64,000 bases of DNA from an uncultured Desulfosarcina sp. (GTDB lineage: Bacteria; Desulfobacterota; Desulfobacteria; Desulfobacterales; Desulfosarcinaceae): contig CAXXWQ010000004.1 in NCBI GenBank assembly GCA_963674945.2, positions 3,104,001 to 3,168,000 of the forward strand, given 5' to 3'. The notes under the pieces were generated by a model. It made no database searches and was not told the DNA's origin. It saw only the letters and a list, made by a program, of their open reading frames with translations. A program made the position numbers and the translations under genes. Of the stretch, positions 1 through 10,443 are shown in pieces. Numbering within the stretch: position 1 is the stretch's first letter; each line of letters starts with the position of its first letter.

Positions 1-1759
1 AGTAGTACAAGGATTCCTTTACCTCCTGAAGGATCGAAAAATCGTATAGCAGCAAGAGTGAATCTAAAAAACCTTCCGGTATGGTTGCTTTCAATTCCTT
101 CTGTCCATGGAAGAACTTACACAGCATACTCATATCGATCAGGGCACCGGATTTTGCATAGGTGGTGTAAAAGGTGTTAAAGATCTTAATGGAATCGCGT
201 CCCGAAATTCCCTCCCTCCCCTCGGTTTCCGACTCACCGATGATGCGACGGCGACGCTTGGCGGTAAGAGCCTTTCGGTCTTCCTCGGATAACCAGCCAG
301 GGATGTGGCCGGTATAGATTTCCATTTTCAGCAGTTGCAGGTTTTTGTCACAGTATCGCCGGTATTTTTCCGGTTCGGGAATCCATTCCAACATGGCGTC
401 GGAGCGAAGACTCAATCTCGACGAGATGATGACGCGCGCGAAGTTGTGGAGAACGCGGGGCAGAAAATTATCGTCAATACGTGAGCCGAAAATATTTCTG
501 TATATCTCTACTTCGGTGTTAAGATCGAGCACATAGGGGATGTTGATGTAAACGATCCGGTCGGAGAAAGACTGGAACTCCTTTATGTTTTTTTTGTCCT
601 CCGGATTCATCAGGGCCAGAAATAAAGAACTGACGTTCTCTTCGATATCTTCCACTTTGTGAAGACCTTCACTGATGATATTGTGTAATTCAATGAGACG
701 TTCGATGTTGTGGGATTTGATATCCATCAAGGCATAAATGCCGTTGTTGGTTTTGGCAAACCGGGAGAAGATATAGCGCACCTGGTTGCTGTCCGAAAAA
801 AGACGGTTAATCGTTCGCTGCAGGTAATCGTTGGAGAGAATAAGTTGTTTGACCGGTCGATCTCCTGGGCTGAACACGCTGATTCCTTTTCCCAGCCGTC
901 GATTGAAGGTGTATGGAACGGCATAAACCATTTCGAACACCTTTGCCGGGTTCTTCAATCGCGTCAATAATGCTTCATAGAGTGATCCGCAGATCGTGCA
1001 GGGAAGATCATGGAAAATCCACTCGTATGCCTTGTCGGTGAACAGCGTGTACTTGAATTCGTTGTTATCGAACAGGTCATCGAGAAATTGCCGTCTATAA
1101 TTTTTGGGTATTATAAGAAGCGGATTGTCATGGCAAGGGCAGGGGACTTCCACATAATCAGTATATGCTCCGGGAAGCGCCATGGCTTGGACGGTATCGA
1201 ACTGTTTTTTATTCGGGTCCTGCTGCATCTGAAACAGGCTCTCCAATATGGAGGCGGTTTCATTTCCAGACTCCTGGCTCAGTTGCCGGCGGTCCAACCG
1301 CCATACGGTTTCATAGCGCAGGCCCGAATCGGTATTGGCATATTCCTCGAATCGTTTCAGCAAATTGTTTAAAAAAGTGCTTTTCCCACAGCCGTGGGGG
1401 CCGTCGAAAATATAAATTTTATTTTGCTGGGCGCCACTGCGAAGCGCGTCCACGTGATTCACCAACCGGTTAGCGAAAAGCCGGTCTGCAAAAAAGGGGT
1501 GATCCGAGTCCTCTACGAACAAACGGCTGCAGTCATAGCTCACGTATCGGATCGACTCCGGATCGTTGGGGTACTCATCAACGCCTTCACCCACGTAGGT
1601 TTTAAACAGATCATAAAAGACCTGGAATACATTGCGGATGGTACCCATGGGATTTTTTTGCACCATACGGAGAAAGTCTTCGAAGGAGATGGCTTCGCGG
1701 CCTTTTAATCCGCCGCTGCCGATATCGATATGCCGCATCGCTTTTTTGATGTTTTCCAT
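1..1759 (-). CDS. PrkA-family AAA+ protein, second paralog; runs off the window start
   Basis: Missing from the ORF track, presumably because no stop lies in the window. Hand translation from ATG 1759 (RBS GAGGTG) gives MENIKKAMRH...KIYIFDGPHGCGKST (Walker A). The frame was spot-checked at 730 and 1-60 and is open there. Lies directly after spoVR. Confidence 0.8.
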   Translation of the reverse strand, partial: MENIKKAMRHIDIGSGGLKGREAISFEDFLRMVQKNPMGTIRNVFQVFYDLFKTYVGEGVDEYPNDPESIRYVSYDCSRLFVEDSDHPFFADRLFANRLVNHVDALRSGAQQNKIYIFDGPHGCGKSTFLNNLLKRFEEYANTDSGLRYETVWRLDRRQLSQESGNETASILESLFQMQQDPNKKQFDTVQAMALPGAYTDYVEVPCPCHDNPLLIIPKNYRRQFLDDLFDNNEFKYTLFTDKAYEWIFHDLPCTICGSLYEALLTRLKNPAKVFEMVYAVPYTFNRRLGKGISVFSPGDRPVKQLILSNDYLQRTINRLFSDSNQVRYIFSRFAKTNNGIYALMDIKSHNIERLIELHNIISEGLHKVEDIEENVSSLFLALMNPEDKKNIKEFQSFSDRIVYINIPYVLDLNTEVEIYRNIFGSRIDDNFLPRVLHNFARVIISSRLSLRSDAMLEWIPEPEKYRRYCDKNLQLLKMEIYTGHIPGWLSEEDRKALTAKRRRRIIGESETEGREGISGRDSIKIFNTFYTTYAKSGALIDMSMLCKFFHGQKELKATIPEGFLDSLLLLYDFSILQEVKESLYY

Positions 1760-1771
1760 AACACCTCGATC

Positions 1772-3427
1772 CTAAAGAACCTTTCTGCTTAGCTTTCGGC
1801 CTTTCATTGTGTATAGGACCCGTTGCCAACTCATTTCCCGCGGTCTCGGGTCATCTACTGGCTTTGCCGCAGCAAGACCGGGCAAAAAGGGACTTCTCGG
1901 CGTTTGCGTTGTGGCAACCAACTCCGTCGTTTCCAGACACACCGGCCCTCCCCACAGATATTCAATGCCGAGCATGGTATTGGGTATGTAATCGGTCAAG
2001 AGGGGTTTGCCTTCAAACTTGTGATTTAAATACAGGCTGTTTTCCCTGGTCTTTTCCAGGTCCACTTCGATGCTCGGCGGATGGTACAAGGACGTCATGA
2101 TCATGTCCCGATAATCATCCGCTTTTCGGCTCTTCACGTAATACTCCCAAACCATCTTTTTTTGGTTCAACCGTCTTCCAGCCACGAAGAGTTTGTTTTT
2201 GCTAACGAAATCCTGATCCACGAAATTTTTAATAAAGGTGAAGTCGGAAAAATTCTCTCTAACATGGAAGATATACGATTTGCCTTTTCCGGTCTTCTCG
2301 TCATAGACTTTGCGACGTTCGGTATCGGCCAGATTCTGGTATTCCCATGAAATCTTGCCCTTTTCCGCCATCTCTTCCAAATAGTAAAACAGGCGCATTC
2401 CCAATGCATAGGGATTAAGTCCCACCCTGGGCATCGACGTTACACCGGCATTGACCCGGGCAAAGTCCACCTCGTGCCCCTTGATGCGGTCGTCTTTCAT
2501 ATATAAGGTTTCATGCCAATAGGAAGCCCACCCTTCGTTCATGATTTTGGTGCGAATCTGGGGCTGGAAAAACAGCGCTGTTTTCCGAATCACATGAATG
2601 ACCATCAGCATCCATTGATTCTCCTCCTTGCGCAACCTTTTGGAATTCTCGACGATGAACTCCAAAAGGTCCTGGGGCTTTTGCCTTTTCGTTTCCTGGT
2701 ATTTCTTGAACAGGCTGGCGAATTCAGGATATCGTCGGTCGATCCGTGAAAAGAACCGCTGCTCACCCATGACGGGATCCTCTTTCACATCGGCGTTGTA
2801 TTGCTCCAACTCCTTAATGTATTTGCTGATGTTGACCTTGGCGATATCCTGAAGATAGATGTCGAAATAGTAGTCGACTTTCGCACTATAGTCCGGTTTC
2901 TTTTTGATAAAGAGCGTCGACAGCAATTCGTGATATCCGACGAGGTTGTCTATTCCTCTTGCGAATTCAATCACATAGTCCACCCAGCGCCCCCTCTCCG
3001 ATCGAAGCTTGGCGATGGTGCGTTTGTCCGATAGTGCCTCACCATTGAAATCATAGTCCCAGGTGTGTCGAAAAAAAAGATTGTTCTGGAAGAAATCGAT
3101 ATGGCCGATCACATGATAGAAGATCATCACGTTGAGCCAATCCGGATTGTTGTCGTTGTAGAAAGAGATTGCAGGACGCGTATTGATTACCGTCTCGTAT
3201 GGATTGCCCGGATAGAGCTCGTATTTGCCTTTTTCCTTGAGCACTTCAACGTCGTGCACCCAGTAGTCATAAAGGGTGGGAATCATCACCTTGGGTGTAA
3301 GTTCGATGAGGTCCCGGTTGGTGACGATATATTCCAGCGTTTCGTCCTCGAAACGCAAGCCGGCGTCACGTGCACGCGCTTTGCATCCTTCCATGATGGA
3401 TTTGGTATGTTGGTCGATCAGTTCCAT
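1772..3427 (-). CDS. SpoVR/YcgB family protein
   Basis: Motifs YETVIN, HVIGHIDFF, PQIRTKIMNEGWASYWH, NPYALG; prkA-yeaH context. Confidence 0.92.
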   Translation of the reverse strand: MELIDQHTKSIMEGCKARARDAGLRFEDETLEYIVTNRDLIELTPKVMIPTLYDYWVHDVEVLKEKGKYELYPGNPYETVINTRPAISFYNDNNPDWLNVMIFYHVIGHIDFFQNNLFFRHTWDYDFNGEALSDKRTIAKLRSERGRWVDYVIEFARGIDNLVGYHELLSTLFIKKKPDYSAKVDYYFDIYLQDIAKVNISKYIKELEQYNADVKEDPVMGEQRFFSRIDRRYPEFASLFKKYQETKRQKPQDLLEFIVENSKRLRKEENQWMLMVIHVIRKTALFFQPQIRTKIMNEGWASYWHETLYMKDDRIKGHEVDFARVNAGVTSMPRVGLNPYALGMRLFYYLEEMAEKGKISWEYQNLADTERRKVYDEKTGKGKSYIFHVRENFSDFTFIKNFVDQDFVSKNKLFVAGRRLNQKKMVWEYYVKSRKADDYRDMIMTSLYHPPSIEVDLEKTRENSLYLNHKFEGKPLLTDYIPNTMLGIEYLWGGPVCLETTELVATTQTPRSPFLPGLAAAKPVDDPRPREMSWQRVLYTMKGRKLSRKVL

Positions 3428-3460
3428 GGGTTCTTTCGTTTCCGCCCCATAATGAACGCA

Positions 3461-4858
3461 TCACTCGGAAATCAATTTTTTGATTCCTTCGATCAGTCGG
3501 GGCTCTTCGGTACTTTCATTGATGACGTCCATTCGTATGAGTTTGGGGAATTTTTCCAAAATTCCCGATGTTTTTATATACCGTTCGACTTCCGTGTTGT
3601 TCTGGGAGCGGCTGCCGTGCTCGGCAATGGTAATGCCGATGCGGCTTGCATAGTTCATCATCTCCTTTAACGCCGGAATTGCCTTTTTCCCCTGGGAGTC
3701 CCAATCGTCTCCGTCCGTGCCATGGAAAACATAGATATTGTATTCTGCAGAAAGGTTTTCCTCTTTTACGATTCGGTTGACCATCTCATAGGCGGAGTAG
3801 ACCTGGGTGCCGCCAGCGACCTTGGAATTATAGTAGGTATAAAAATCCTTGACCTCCTTGGCTTCGGTGTCGTGAAGGATAAACCGGGATTCTACCTGGT
3901 TTGCATATTGATAAAGCAGCCAACTGTAAATGAGGACATGTTGGGTGACCACCAGTTCTGTGGATTTACCCACCATGGATCCGGAGTAATCGCGGAGAAA
4001 AAAAACCACTGCCTGCGACTCGAAATCCTTTTCCTTGGATAGGATTCGATAAATCTTGTCTTTCGGTGAGATGATAAATCGGGACGGGTCAATTTCGCTG
4101 ACATCGGGAATGTTGCCGAGGTTGATGTTGGTTTCGACAATTTTTTTCAACGTCGCTTTTTTATCCAACACCTGACCAAAACCACGGTTTCTATCCGTCA
4201 TGTCATAGGTGTAACGGGTCAAAGAGCGTTTTTTGCCCTTATCCTGGAGATTGGGAAGTTCGAATTGCTCGGTAAGAATTTTTCCAAGATCGTAGGCGGA
4301 TGACTCCATCTCGTGCTGCCCGCCTTCCCCTTCGCCTGGCCCCCCCTCACCGGCTTGGTCAGGGTCTCTCACCGGCTGTTCGCCGATTACTTCTCCTTCC
4401 TCGCCATCACCGCTGCCACCCTGGCCTTGACCCTCTTCCTGTTGAGAAAAGTTGGGGTCATGGATGAATTTTTCTTCCACCGTCGTGGGAACGACAACTA
4501 CTTTTCCCTTTCCGGCCTTTCCGGGCTTGATCATCTTCCCAACCCGAATTTTCCTGGGAAAGCCGTCCTTTTCCCGCTGGCGGTCCTTTTCCAACAGTTC
4601 GTCGATGGAGCGGATACGGCTGACATAGCCGCCGTCGGGTTCACCCATGGACTGAAGGGTCATCAGGTCGTGGTAATCATACAGGTTGAGCAGGCGACAG
4701 GTGCCTTCATCGGTGGTGATGAGCGCAACATCACCATCGATGACCGGCATATCATGACCCTGCTCACAGTTGATCTCAAAGCGTATTTTCTTTTCCTGCT
4801 CCGGCGTCAGTCCTGCGGATTTCATTTTTTCATATATTTTCTTAAGATCGGTGCTCAT
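3461..4858 (-). CDS. YeaH/YhbH (DUF444) vWA-like protein
   Basis: Gly/Glu-rich linker, MIDAS-like DYSGSM...GGT...TDGDDW; between prkA and spoVR. Confidence 0.9.
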   Translation of the reverse strand: MSTDLKKIYEKMKSAGLTPEQEKKIRFEINCEQGHDMPVIDGDVALITTDEGTCRLLNLYDYHDLMTLQSMGEPDGGYVSRIRSIDELLEKDRQREKDGFPRKIRVGKMIKPGKAGKGKVVVVPTTVEEKFIHDPNFSQQEEGQGQGGSGDGEEGEVIGEQPVRDPDQAGEGGPGEGEGGQHEMESSAYDLGKILTEQFELPNLQDKGKKRSLTRYTYDMTDRNRGFGQVLDKKATLKKIVETNINLGNIPDVSEIDPSRFIISPKDKIYRILSKEKDFESQAVVFFLRDYSGSMVGKSTELVVTQHVLIYSWLLYQYANQVESRFILHDTEAKEVKDFYTYYNSKVAGGTQVYSAYEMVNRIVKEENLSAEYNIYVFHGTDGDDWDSQGKKAIPALKEMMNYASRIGITIAEHGSRSQNNTEVERYIKTSGILEKFPKLIRMDVINESTEEPRLIEGIKKLISE

Positions 4859-4875
4859 TTTCTATCCAATTCATT

Positions 4876-6936
4876 TTAACTTTCATCCTCTTGCGTGCAG
4901 AAATATTCAATCGTTTTCTGTGCACAGGTACTGCAGTACCCCAACTTATTGAGCATGGTGTCCACCATGCGGTCGTATAATTTCTGGTTCTCCTCGTTGG
5001 TCCGATTGGCCAGGGCGCCGATGAGACTACCCGCACCGGCGATATCCGATTTCAGGCGGACGTCCGTGACAGCCTTGACCAGTTCCAGATTGTCCATGAA
5101 ATCATAGTCCGGATCCACGGAGATCTTTTGACCGTAGATTTTTCGAATGGATGTCCGAAAGGTCTCCCGTTGTTCCTCGGTCTTCAATCCCAGTCGCTCT
5201 TCGACACTCTTGATGTACCGTTCGTCGATTTTCAGGGCCCGGAGTTCTCCGGTCTGCGGGTCCTTGTACTTCCACATCTTGTCCGGCCCCAGATTTTCGG
5301 CATCGATACCGATGATCATGTTCACGTAGTTCATCACGTCTTTCCGGATGGCAAGCGGCTCGTCCATATATGCATTGAACATTTCCGTCATGATCCGTTC
5401 CCGATACAGTCCCTTTGCGGTCTTCATGTCATCGATATATTTGGCCCGGTCATTGGCATCGGTGACATAATCCAGGATGATCCGTTCCAACGCTTTGAAG
5501 ATATCGTATGCGAACATGCATCTGCCTTCGTTGGTCTCGGAGCTTTCGATGAGCAGTTGCATGGCCCGTCCAAGGTTACGCTGCCCCAGTCCCTTCTGGC
5601 CGAAGCGTTTGGTGATATCCGGGTCCTGGTTCAGGGTGTCGATGACCTCGGCCAGGGTCTTGATGCTTTTTTCACCGGCCACTTCGCCCGCCGCCAGTTT
5701 CATGGTTTCGATGGGAGTCAGTTTTTCCGAACGCGCCAGGCGGGTAAGTACTACGGCTATCGATGCCGCGTAATTCAAATTGGGATCCTGATGAAGATAT
5801 TCACGACTCAAGGTAGTGCGCGTTTCGCTCCCGATGGAATAGAGGGTCAAGTCTTTTTGAAGCTTGTAATTCGTGTTGTGGGAGACATAGCAGATGCGGC
5901 AGCGGTCGACGATGGGGGCCTCTTCCTTTTCGGCCAGGAATCGGTTGAATTCGCTGTTGTTGCTGGTGGCGATGATAAGGGTATCGATGGGCCATTTATA
6001 GCCGTCGATTTCGATGTTTCGGTTCTGGATCACACCCAGATACACCTGAACCAGATCTTTTTTGTTCTTGAAGATTTCATCGGAAAAATGAATGCCGCCA
6101 CCGGCTACGCGGGCAAGGGCACCGCGGCGCAGGTCGAAACGATAGGGATTGTTGGTCTCCGTAATGTGCAACAGCCGCTGGATGGATTCTTCCCCCAGAA
6201 GATCCACCGCAGACGAGGTGATTTTGTCTTTTGCCGGATATTTACCGGTGACGGTACCCAGGCTCTCGGTCATCGGGACGGGAAAGAGTTCGATGAACTG
6301 GAGCATTTGGGTCAAATCACCATCGACATGGGATCGGATGTCGTTCCAGATAAAAGCGCTGCAGGCGCCCAAGGGACGATAATCCTCCCAAAGCATTTCG
6401 ATCTCGTTGTCCGAGAATCCGATCTCCTTGGAGAGAAATTCACGGTTCATGTCCGGGTCGTCGGTAATGTTCATCCCCAGTATCATGGGGTCCTCATAGG
6501 TCTGGGATTCGATACTGGAGATTTTTCCGTATCCTCTGATTTGGTCCAGGCCGACGAATCGGAGGGAATATTTGCGATTGGGTTCTTTGGACAAAAAGGA
6601 TCGGTACTTATTGCAGATGTATTCAACGAGAAATGTCTTTCCGTTTCCCGGTTCCCCCACCAAGACGAATGCCATCTCCTTGGACGAACCATTTTCGGCG
6701 GCATCTTTGACATAGGAGACGAAACTGTTGATTTCATCATACATCCCGATAATGTGTTTTTTGCCCGTGCGAAAAATGCTGAAATCGTAGGTGGTTTTGC
6801 CATTTACCACGACCTTTTCGATATCGCTTTCCAGAATCATCCGCGACACGCCCTGAAAAGCATTCTCGAAGCAGCGTTTTCCCTCCTTCACTTCGATCAG
6901 GTGGTGATGAAGCGCCGATGTGTTCTTATTTCCCAT
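4876..6936 (-). CDS. prkA: PrkA/YeaG family AAA+ ATPase (serine protein kinase family)
   Basis: Walker A GEPGNGKT, Walker B-like IHFSDE, C-terminal LGYCxxCA; operon context. Confidence 0.9.
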   Translation of the reverse strand: MGNKNTSALHHHLIEVKEGKRCFENAFQGVSRMILESDIEKVVVNGKTTYDFSIFRTGKKHIIGMYDEINSFVSYVKDAAENGSSKEMAFVLVGEPGNGKTFLVEYICNKYRSFLSKEPNRKYSLRFVGLDQIRGYGKISSIESQTYEDPMILGMNITDDPDMNREFLSKEIGFSDNEIEMLWEDYRPLGACSAFIWNDIRSHVDGDLTQMLQFIELFPVPMTESLGTVTGKYPAKDKITSSAVDLLGEESIQRLLHITETNNPYRFDLRRGALARVAGGGIHFSDEIFKNKKDLVQVYLGVIQNRNIEIDGYKWPIDTLIIATSNNSEFNRFLAEKEEAPIVDRCRICYVSHNTNYKLQKDLTLYSIGSETRTTLSREYLHQDPNLNYAASIAVVLTRLARSEKLTPIETMKLAAGEVAGEKSIKTLAEVIDTLNQDPDITKRFGQKGLGQRNLGRAMQLLIESSETNEGRCMFAYDIFKALERIILDYVTDANDRAKYIDDMKTAKGLYRERIMTEMFNAYMDEPLAIRKDVMNYVNMIIGIDAENLGPDKMWKYKDPQTGELRALKIDERYIKSVEERLGLKTEEQRETFRTSIRKIYGQKISVDPDYDFMDNLELVKAVTDVRLKSDIAGAGSLIGALANRTNEENQKLYDRMVDTMLNKLGYCSTCAQKTIEYFCTQEDES

Positions 6937-7526
6937 GATCCCCCCTTACATGTTGATTCGCCCGTGCTGGAGATGTCGGCACAGGATGATGACGTAACGT
7001 CTATCACTTTACACGATCACCGGTGAAGATACGATTTTATGTTGTGATCACCGAATTCGCCGCTAAGGATATTCCATAAAGGCCGTTTCAGATGGCTATT
7101 CAGCCTTTCCGGTAACAGGCTATGCAGTGGGTCGGGAACGAGGACGAAACCGAATCAACGGAAATTGCGGCAGCGTGGTCGCCGTGGTCATGGTGAATCA
7201 ATGGACACTTTTGGATTCACCGAAAGACCGTAGCAATAGCGAGAGAAATGCACGAGCGCTCAATTACAATTGTTCCGCATGCAATGTTCACAATTCCAAA
7301 CAAGTGCAATTTTTGGGGATGGCCACGTTTCCGGCGGGCAGGCCATGACCGTCGTCCATCCTTTCCGGCTCATGGGGATGAGAAATCCATCCCTTTCAGA
7401 TGAGTATAACACCTCATCGGCAAACTGCAACCCGAATTTCCCAGTGTTTCCATGAACGCGGGATGTTGAAAAAAAGCGGCGACATTTTGTATCCTTTCCT
7501 TTCCCATGACGATTATCGGATAATAC

Positions 7527-7555
7527 TTGATTCCTACGGCCGCCTTTCCTATTAT
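7527..7555 (+). promoter_or_regulatory. sigma70-type promoter of recN
   Basis: TTGATT-17 nt-TATTAT about 50 nt before the GTG start. Confidence 0.55.
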
Positions 7556-7606
7556 AACCGCGATTTGATCTATCGATCATCAACCGCGACAAGGGGTAAA
7601 CCGACC

Positions 7607-9304
7607 GTGCTCAGAGAGCTGTCAATTAAAAATTTTGCCATCATCGACGACCTGAATATTCGTTTCGATGAAGGATTGACCATTTTGAGTGGAGAAACCG
7701 GTGCAGGCAAGTCCATCATCGTAAATGCGGTCAACCTTTTGCTGGGTTCGAGGGCCAGTTCAAAAATGATTCGGGACGGGTGCGACGCGGCCGAACTATT
7801 CGCCTGCTTCGATGTTCCAGAAACCTCCAAGGCGGCACAGATCATGGCGGAAAGCGGACATGACCCATCACAGGGCTTTCTGGTGCGTCGCATCATCGCC
7901 GAAAATGATCGCCATCGTATCTACATCAATGACCGAATGGCCACAATGCAGACATTGGCCAACATTACCGCCGATCTTGCCAGTATTTCCGGACAACATG
8001 CCCATCAGGGATTGCTCAAGGAGGAGACCCACCTGCCCATTTTGGACCGTTACGGCAACCTACTTTCCATTGTACAAAAGGTAACCGAATCCCATGGAAA
8101 GCTGTTGCCACTGATCAAGACCCTCGATGAAAAGAAGGCAAAAAAAGAGAGCCTGGAAAAGGAGATGGATCTGCTTTTGTATCAGGCCCGGGAAATCGAT
8201 GAGGTGGATGCCGGACCGAACGAAGATGAAGCGCTAGAACAAGAGCGCATGCGGCTGAAAAATGCGGAAACGTTGAAACATTCTGTCTATTCTGCCGTCG
8301 AATCGCTCCATGGCGCCGACGGTGCCGTCATCGAGCGTTTGGGTCAGGTGCGAAAGGACATGGAAAAGGCCGCAACCATGGATAACGCACTGTCTCCCCA
8401 GGTGCAGGAGCTCTCCGATCATCTGTTTGGTCTGGAGGATATCGTCCACTCTTTGCGTGCTTATCTCGGAACACTGGAAACCGAATCGGACCGGTTGGTT
8501 TCGGTGGAGGCACGACTGGATTCGATCAATCGGCTGAAACGAAAATATGGCGGAACACTGGAAGCGATTCGGGAAAGGCGTGATGAGATACAATTACGAA
8601 TCAGCGACATCGATAACCTGGATGACGATATTGCCCTGCTTGAATCCCATGTTCGTGAAGTGTACGATGATTTGGCGGGCCGGGTCCGAAGCCTGTCACA
8701 TCGGCGAAAAGAAGTTGCTGCGGATTTTGCAGAGGCCGTAGAAAAGGAACTGGCCGGATTGAAAATGGCAGGCACCCGTTTTTGCGTTGATTTTTCGCAA
8801 TCTTCGGCTTCTTCTCGGACGAGCCCATGGTTGCGCGTGGACGGCCAGGTGCTTACCGGCACGGGCATCGACCATGCGGTGTTCATGATCGCGCCCAACG
8901 TGGGGGAATCGATGAAGGCGCTCTCCAGTATCGCCTCCGGTGGGGAACTCTCCCGGGTGGTTCTGGCCTTAAAGGCGATCCTGGCGGAAACGGATGCCGT
9001 GGGAACGATTGTATTTGACGAAGTGGACGCGGGAATCGGTGGTGCCGTTGCCGATTTGGTTGGAAAAAAGCTGGACACACTTTCCAGAAAGCACCAGTTG
9101 ATTTGCATTACCCATCTTCCACAAATCGCCCGTTTTGGTGACCATCACTACCAAATCGAAAAAAAGGTCGTGGGCGGCAGGACCACCACCACAATACGGC
9201 CGATGGATCAAGAAGAGCGCATCGAAGAGATCGCCCGTATGCTTGGAGGGGAAGAGATAACACAAACGGCGATGGAGCATGCTCGCTCATTGGTTGCGCC
9301 ATGA
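7607..9304 (+). CDS. recN: DNA repair protein RecN
   Basis: GTG start (MLRELSIKNFAII), Walker A GETGAGKS, signature SGGELSR, FDEVDAG, ITHLPQ. Confidence 0.95.
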   Translation: MLRELSIKNFAIIDDLNIRFDEGLTILSGETGAGKSIIVNAVNLLLGSRASSKMIRDGCDAAELFACFDVPETSKAAQIMAESGHDPSQGFLVRRIIAENDRHRIYINDRMATMQTLANITADLASISGQHAHQGLLKEETHLPILDRYGNLLSIVQKVTESHGKLLPLIKTLDEKKAKKESLEKEMDLLLYQAREIDEVDAGPNEDEALEQERMRLKNAETLKHSVYSAVESLHGADGAVIERLGQVRKDMEKAATMDNALSPQVQELSDHLFGLEDIVHSLRAYLGTLETESDRLVSVEARLDSINRLKRKYGGTLEAIRERRDEIQLRISDIDNLDDDIALLESHVREVYDDLAGRVRSLSHRRKEVAADFAEAVEKELAGLKMAGTRFCVDFSQSSASSRTSPWLRVDGQVLTGTGIDHAVFMIAPNVGESMKALSSIASGGELSRVVLALKAILAETDAVGTIVFDEVDAGIGGAVADLVGKKLDTLSRKHQLICITHLPQIARFGDHHYQIEKKVVGGRTTTTIRPMDQEERIEEIARMLGGEEITQTAMEHARSLVAP

Positions 9305-9374
9305 CACGGCCACCCCTTCTTGACAAACGGTAGTTGATGGTCACGTTTTTAAAAACAACGATAAGGAGAACAAG

Positions 9375-9626
9375 ATGCCGATTTACGAATTCAAATGCAT
9401 GGAATGTGATGAATACATGGAAATATTGGTGATGAACAAACAGGACGAAGTGGAAATGGTTTGTTCCAAATGCGGTTCCGGTCGACTGGAGCGTATCCTT
9501 TCCACTGCAAACCATACGGTCACCGGAACCGGAGCAGCAAAGGGAGCCGCTTCCGGCACTCGTTCCCAGACGCGAACCTGCAGTTCGGGATCTTGCACCA
9601 CATACACCATTCCTGGGCCCGCATAG
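9375..9626 (+). CDS. FmdB-family zinc-ribbon regulatory protein
   Basis: MPIYEFKCMEC...CSKCGS, C-terminal CSSGSC; RBS AAGGAG. Confidence 0.88.
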   Translation: MPIYEFKCMECDEYMEILVMNKQDEVEMVCSKCGSGRLERILSTANHTVTGTGAAKGAASGTRSQTRTCSSGSCTTYTIPGPA

Positions 9627-9685
9627 GCATCTCTTTCACCCCGTTGTCTCGATTCTGTACGCACTCTTTGATCAAGGTCGATTTC

Positions 9686-10375
9686 ATGCAACATACCCTT
9701 CACAAGCGGGAAAAGGAACAATTCTGCAAGCTATTCCAACAGGACCGGATTTCTGATTTCGAGAATCGATTTGCCGTCATGGAGGCCTTCATGCAAACAG
9801 AAGGTCACATCTCTCCGGCACAAATGATCGAAAGACTCGAGAACGCGGGGCTTTCACTTCCTCCTGAATTTGTCCGTGACACGCTACAGTTGATGTGTCA
9901 ATATGGTTTCGCCGAAAAACGGCGATTCGAAAATGGTGAAATTTTATATGAACATCGGCATCTTGGCCAGCATCATGATCACATGATCTGCACCAAATGC
10001 AAACGGATCATGGAATTTCGGGACCAGGAGTTGGAGCGACTCCAGATCCAAGCCGCCGAACGGCACGGATTCCACCTTTTGCAGCACAAGATGGAAATGT
10101 ACGGCATTTGTTCCCAATGTATGGCCCAACGCCAGGAATTGATACCGCTGGCCGACGCACCGAAAGGGGACCGCCTGGTCATTTCGCGCATCGATGGCGG
10201 CCCCCGGATGATCGGTAGGTTGATGGCCATGGGACTTCGAATCGGCGATACGGTGGAGGTGATCACCAATTCCGGGAAAGGGCAGCTTGTCATTGGTGTC
10301 GATTACAAACGGTTGGTACTTGGTCGTGGCATGGCCCAAAAATTGATGGTTCGGTCCAGTACCAACACAGCGTGA
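9686..10375 (+). CDS. Fur-family regulator fused to a C-terminal FeoA domain
   Basis: HHDHMICTKC...CSQC Fur motifs, then FeoA-like RLMAMGLRIGDTVEV...LGRGMA; start trimmed to ATG 9686. Confidence 0.85.
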   Translation: MQHTLHKREKEQFCKLFQQDRISDFENRFAVMEAFMQTEGHISPAQMIERLENAGLSLPPEFVRDTLQLMCQYGFAEKRRFENGEILYEHRHLGQHHDHMICTKCKRIMEFRDQELERLQIQAAERHGFHLLQHKMEMYGICSQCMAQRQELIPLADAPKGDRLVISRIDGGPRMIGRLMAMGLRIGDTVEVITNSGKGQLVIGVDYKRLVLGRGMAQKLMVRSSTNTA

Positions 10376-10443
10376 GCCCATTGTTATGATATTTATGTCA
10401 AATTCATTGGATTCATGACAGATATCATGCCGGAGGCATAGAG

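Noticed and set aside
5128..7026. 632-aa plus-strand ORF opposite prkA, and similar long antisense ORFs (24368-25570, 40821-41906, 47397-48446, 53734-54831)
   Set aside because: They shadow well-supported genes, show no recognisable motifs, and are the expected by-product of codon bias on the opposite strand
7400..7606. Long N-terminal extensions in the ORF track (recN; also Fur-FeoA, pilR, pilP, pheS, rpsO, HsdR-N)
   Set aside because: Family N-termini and RBS positions support downstream starts
7440..7606. LexA box upstream of recN
   Set aside because: No convincing match to the SOS-box motifs I know
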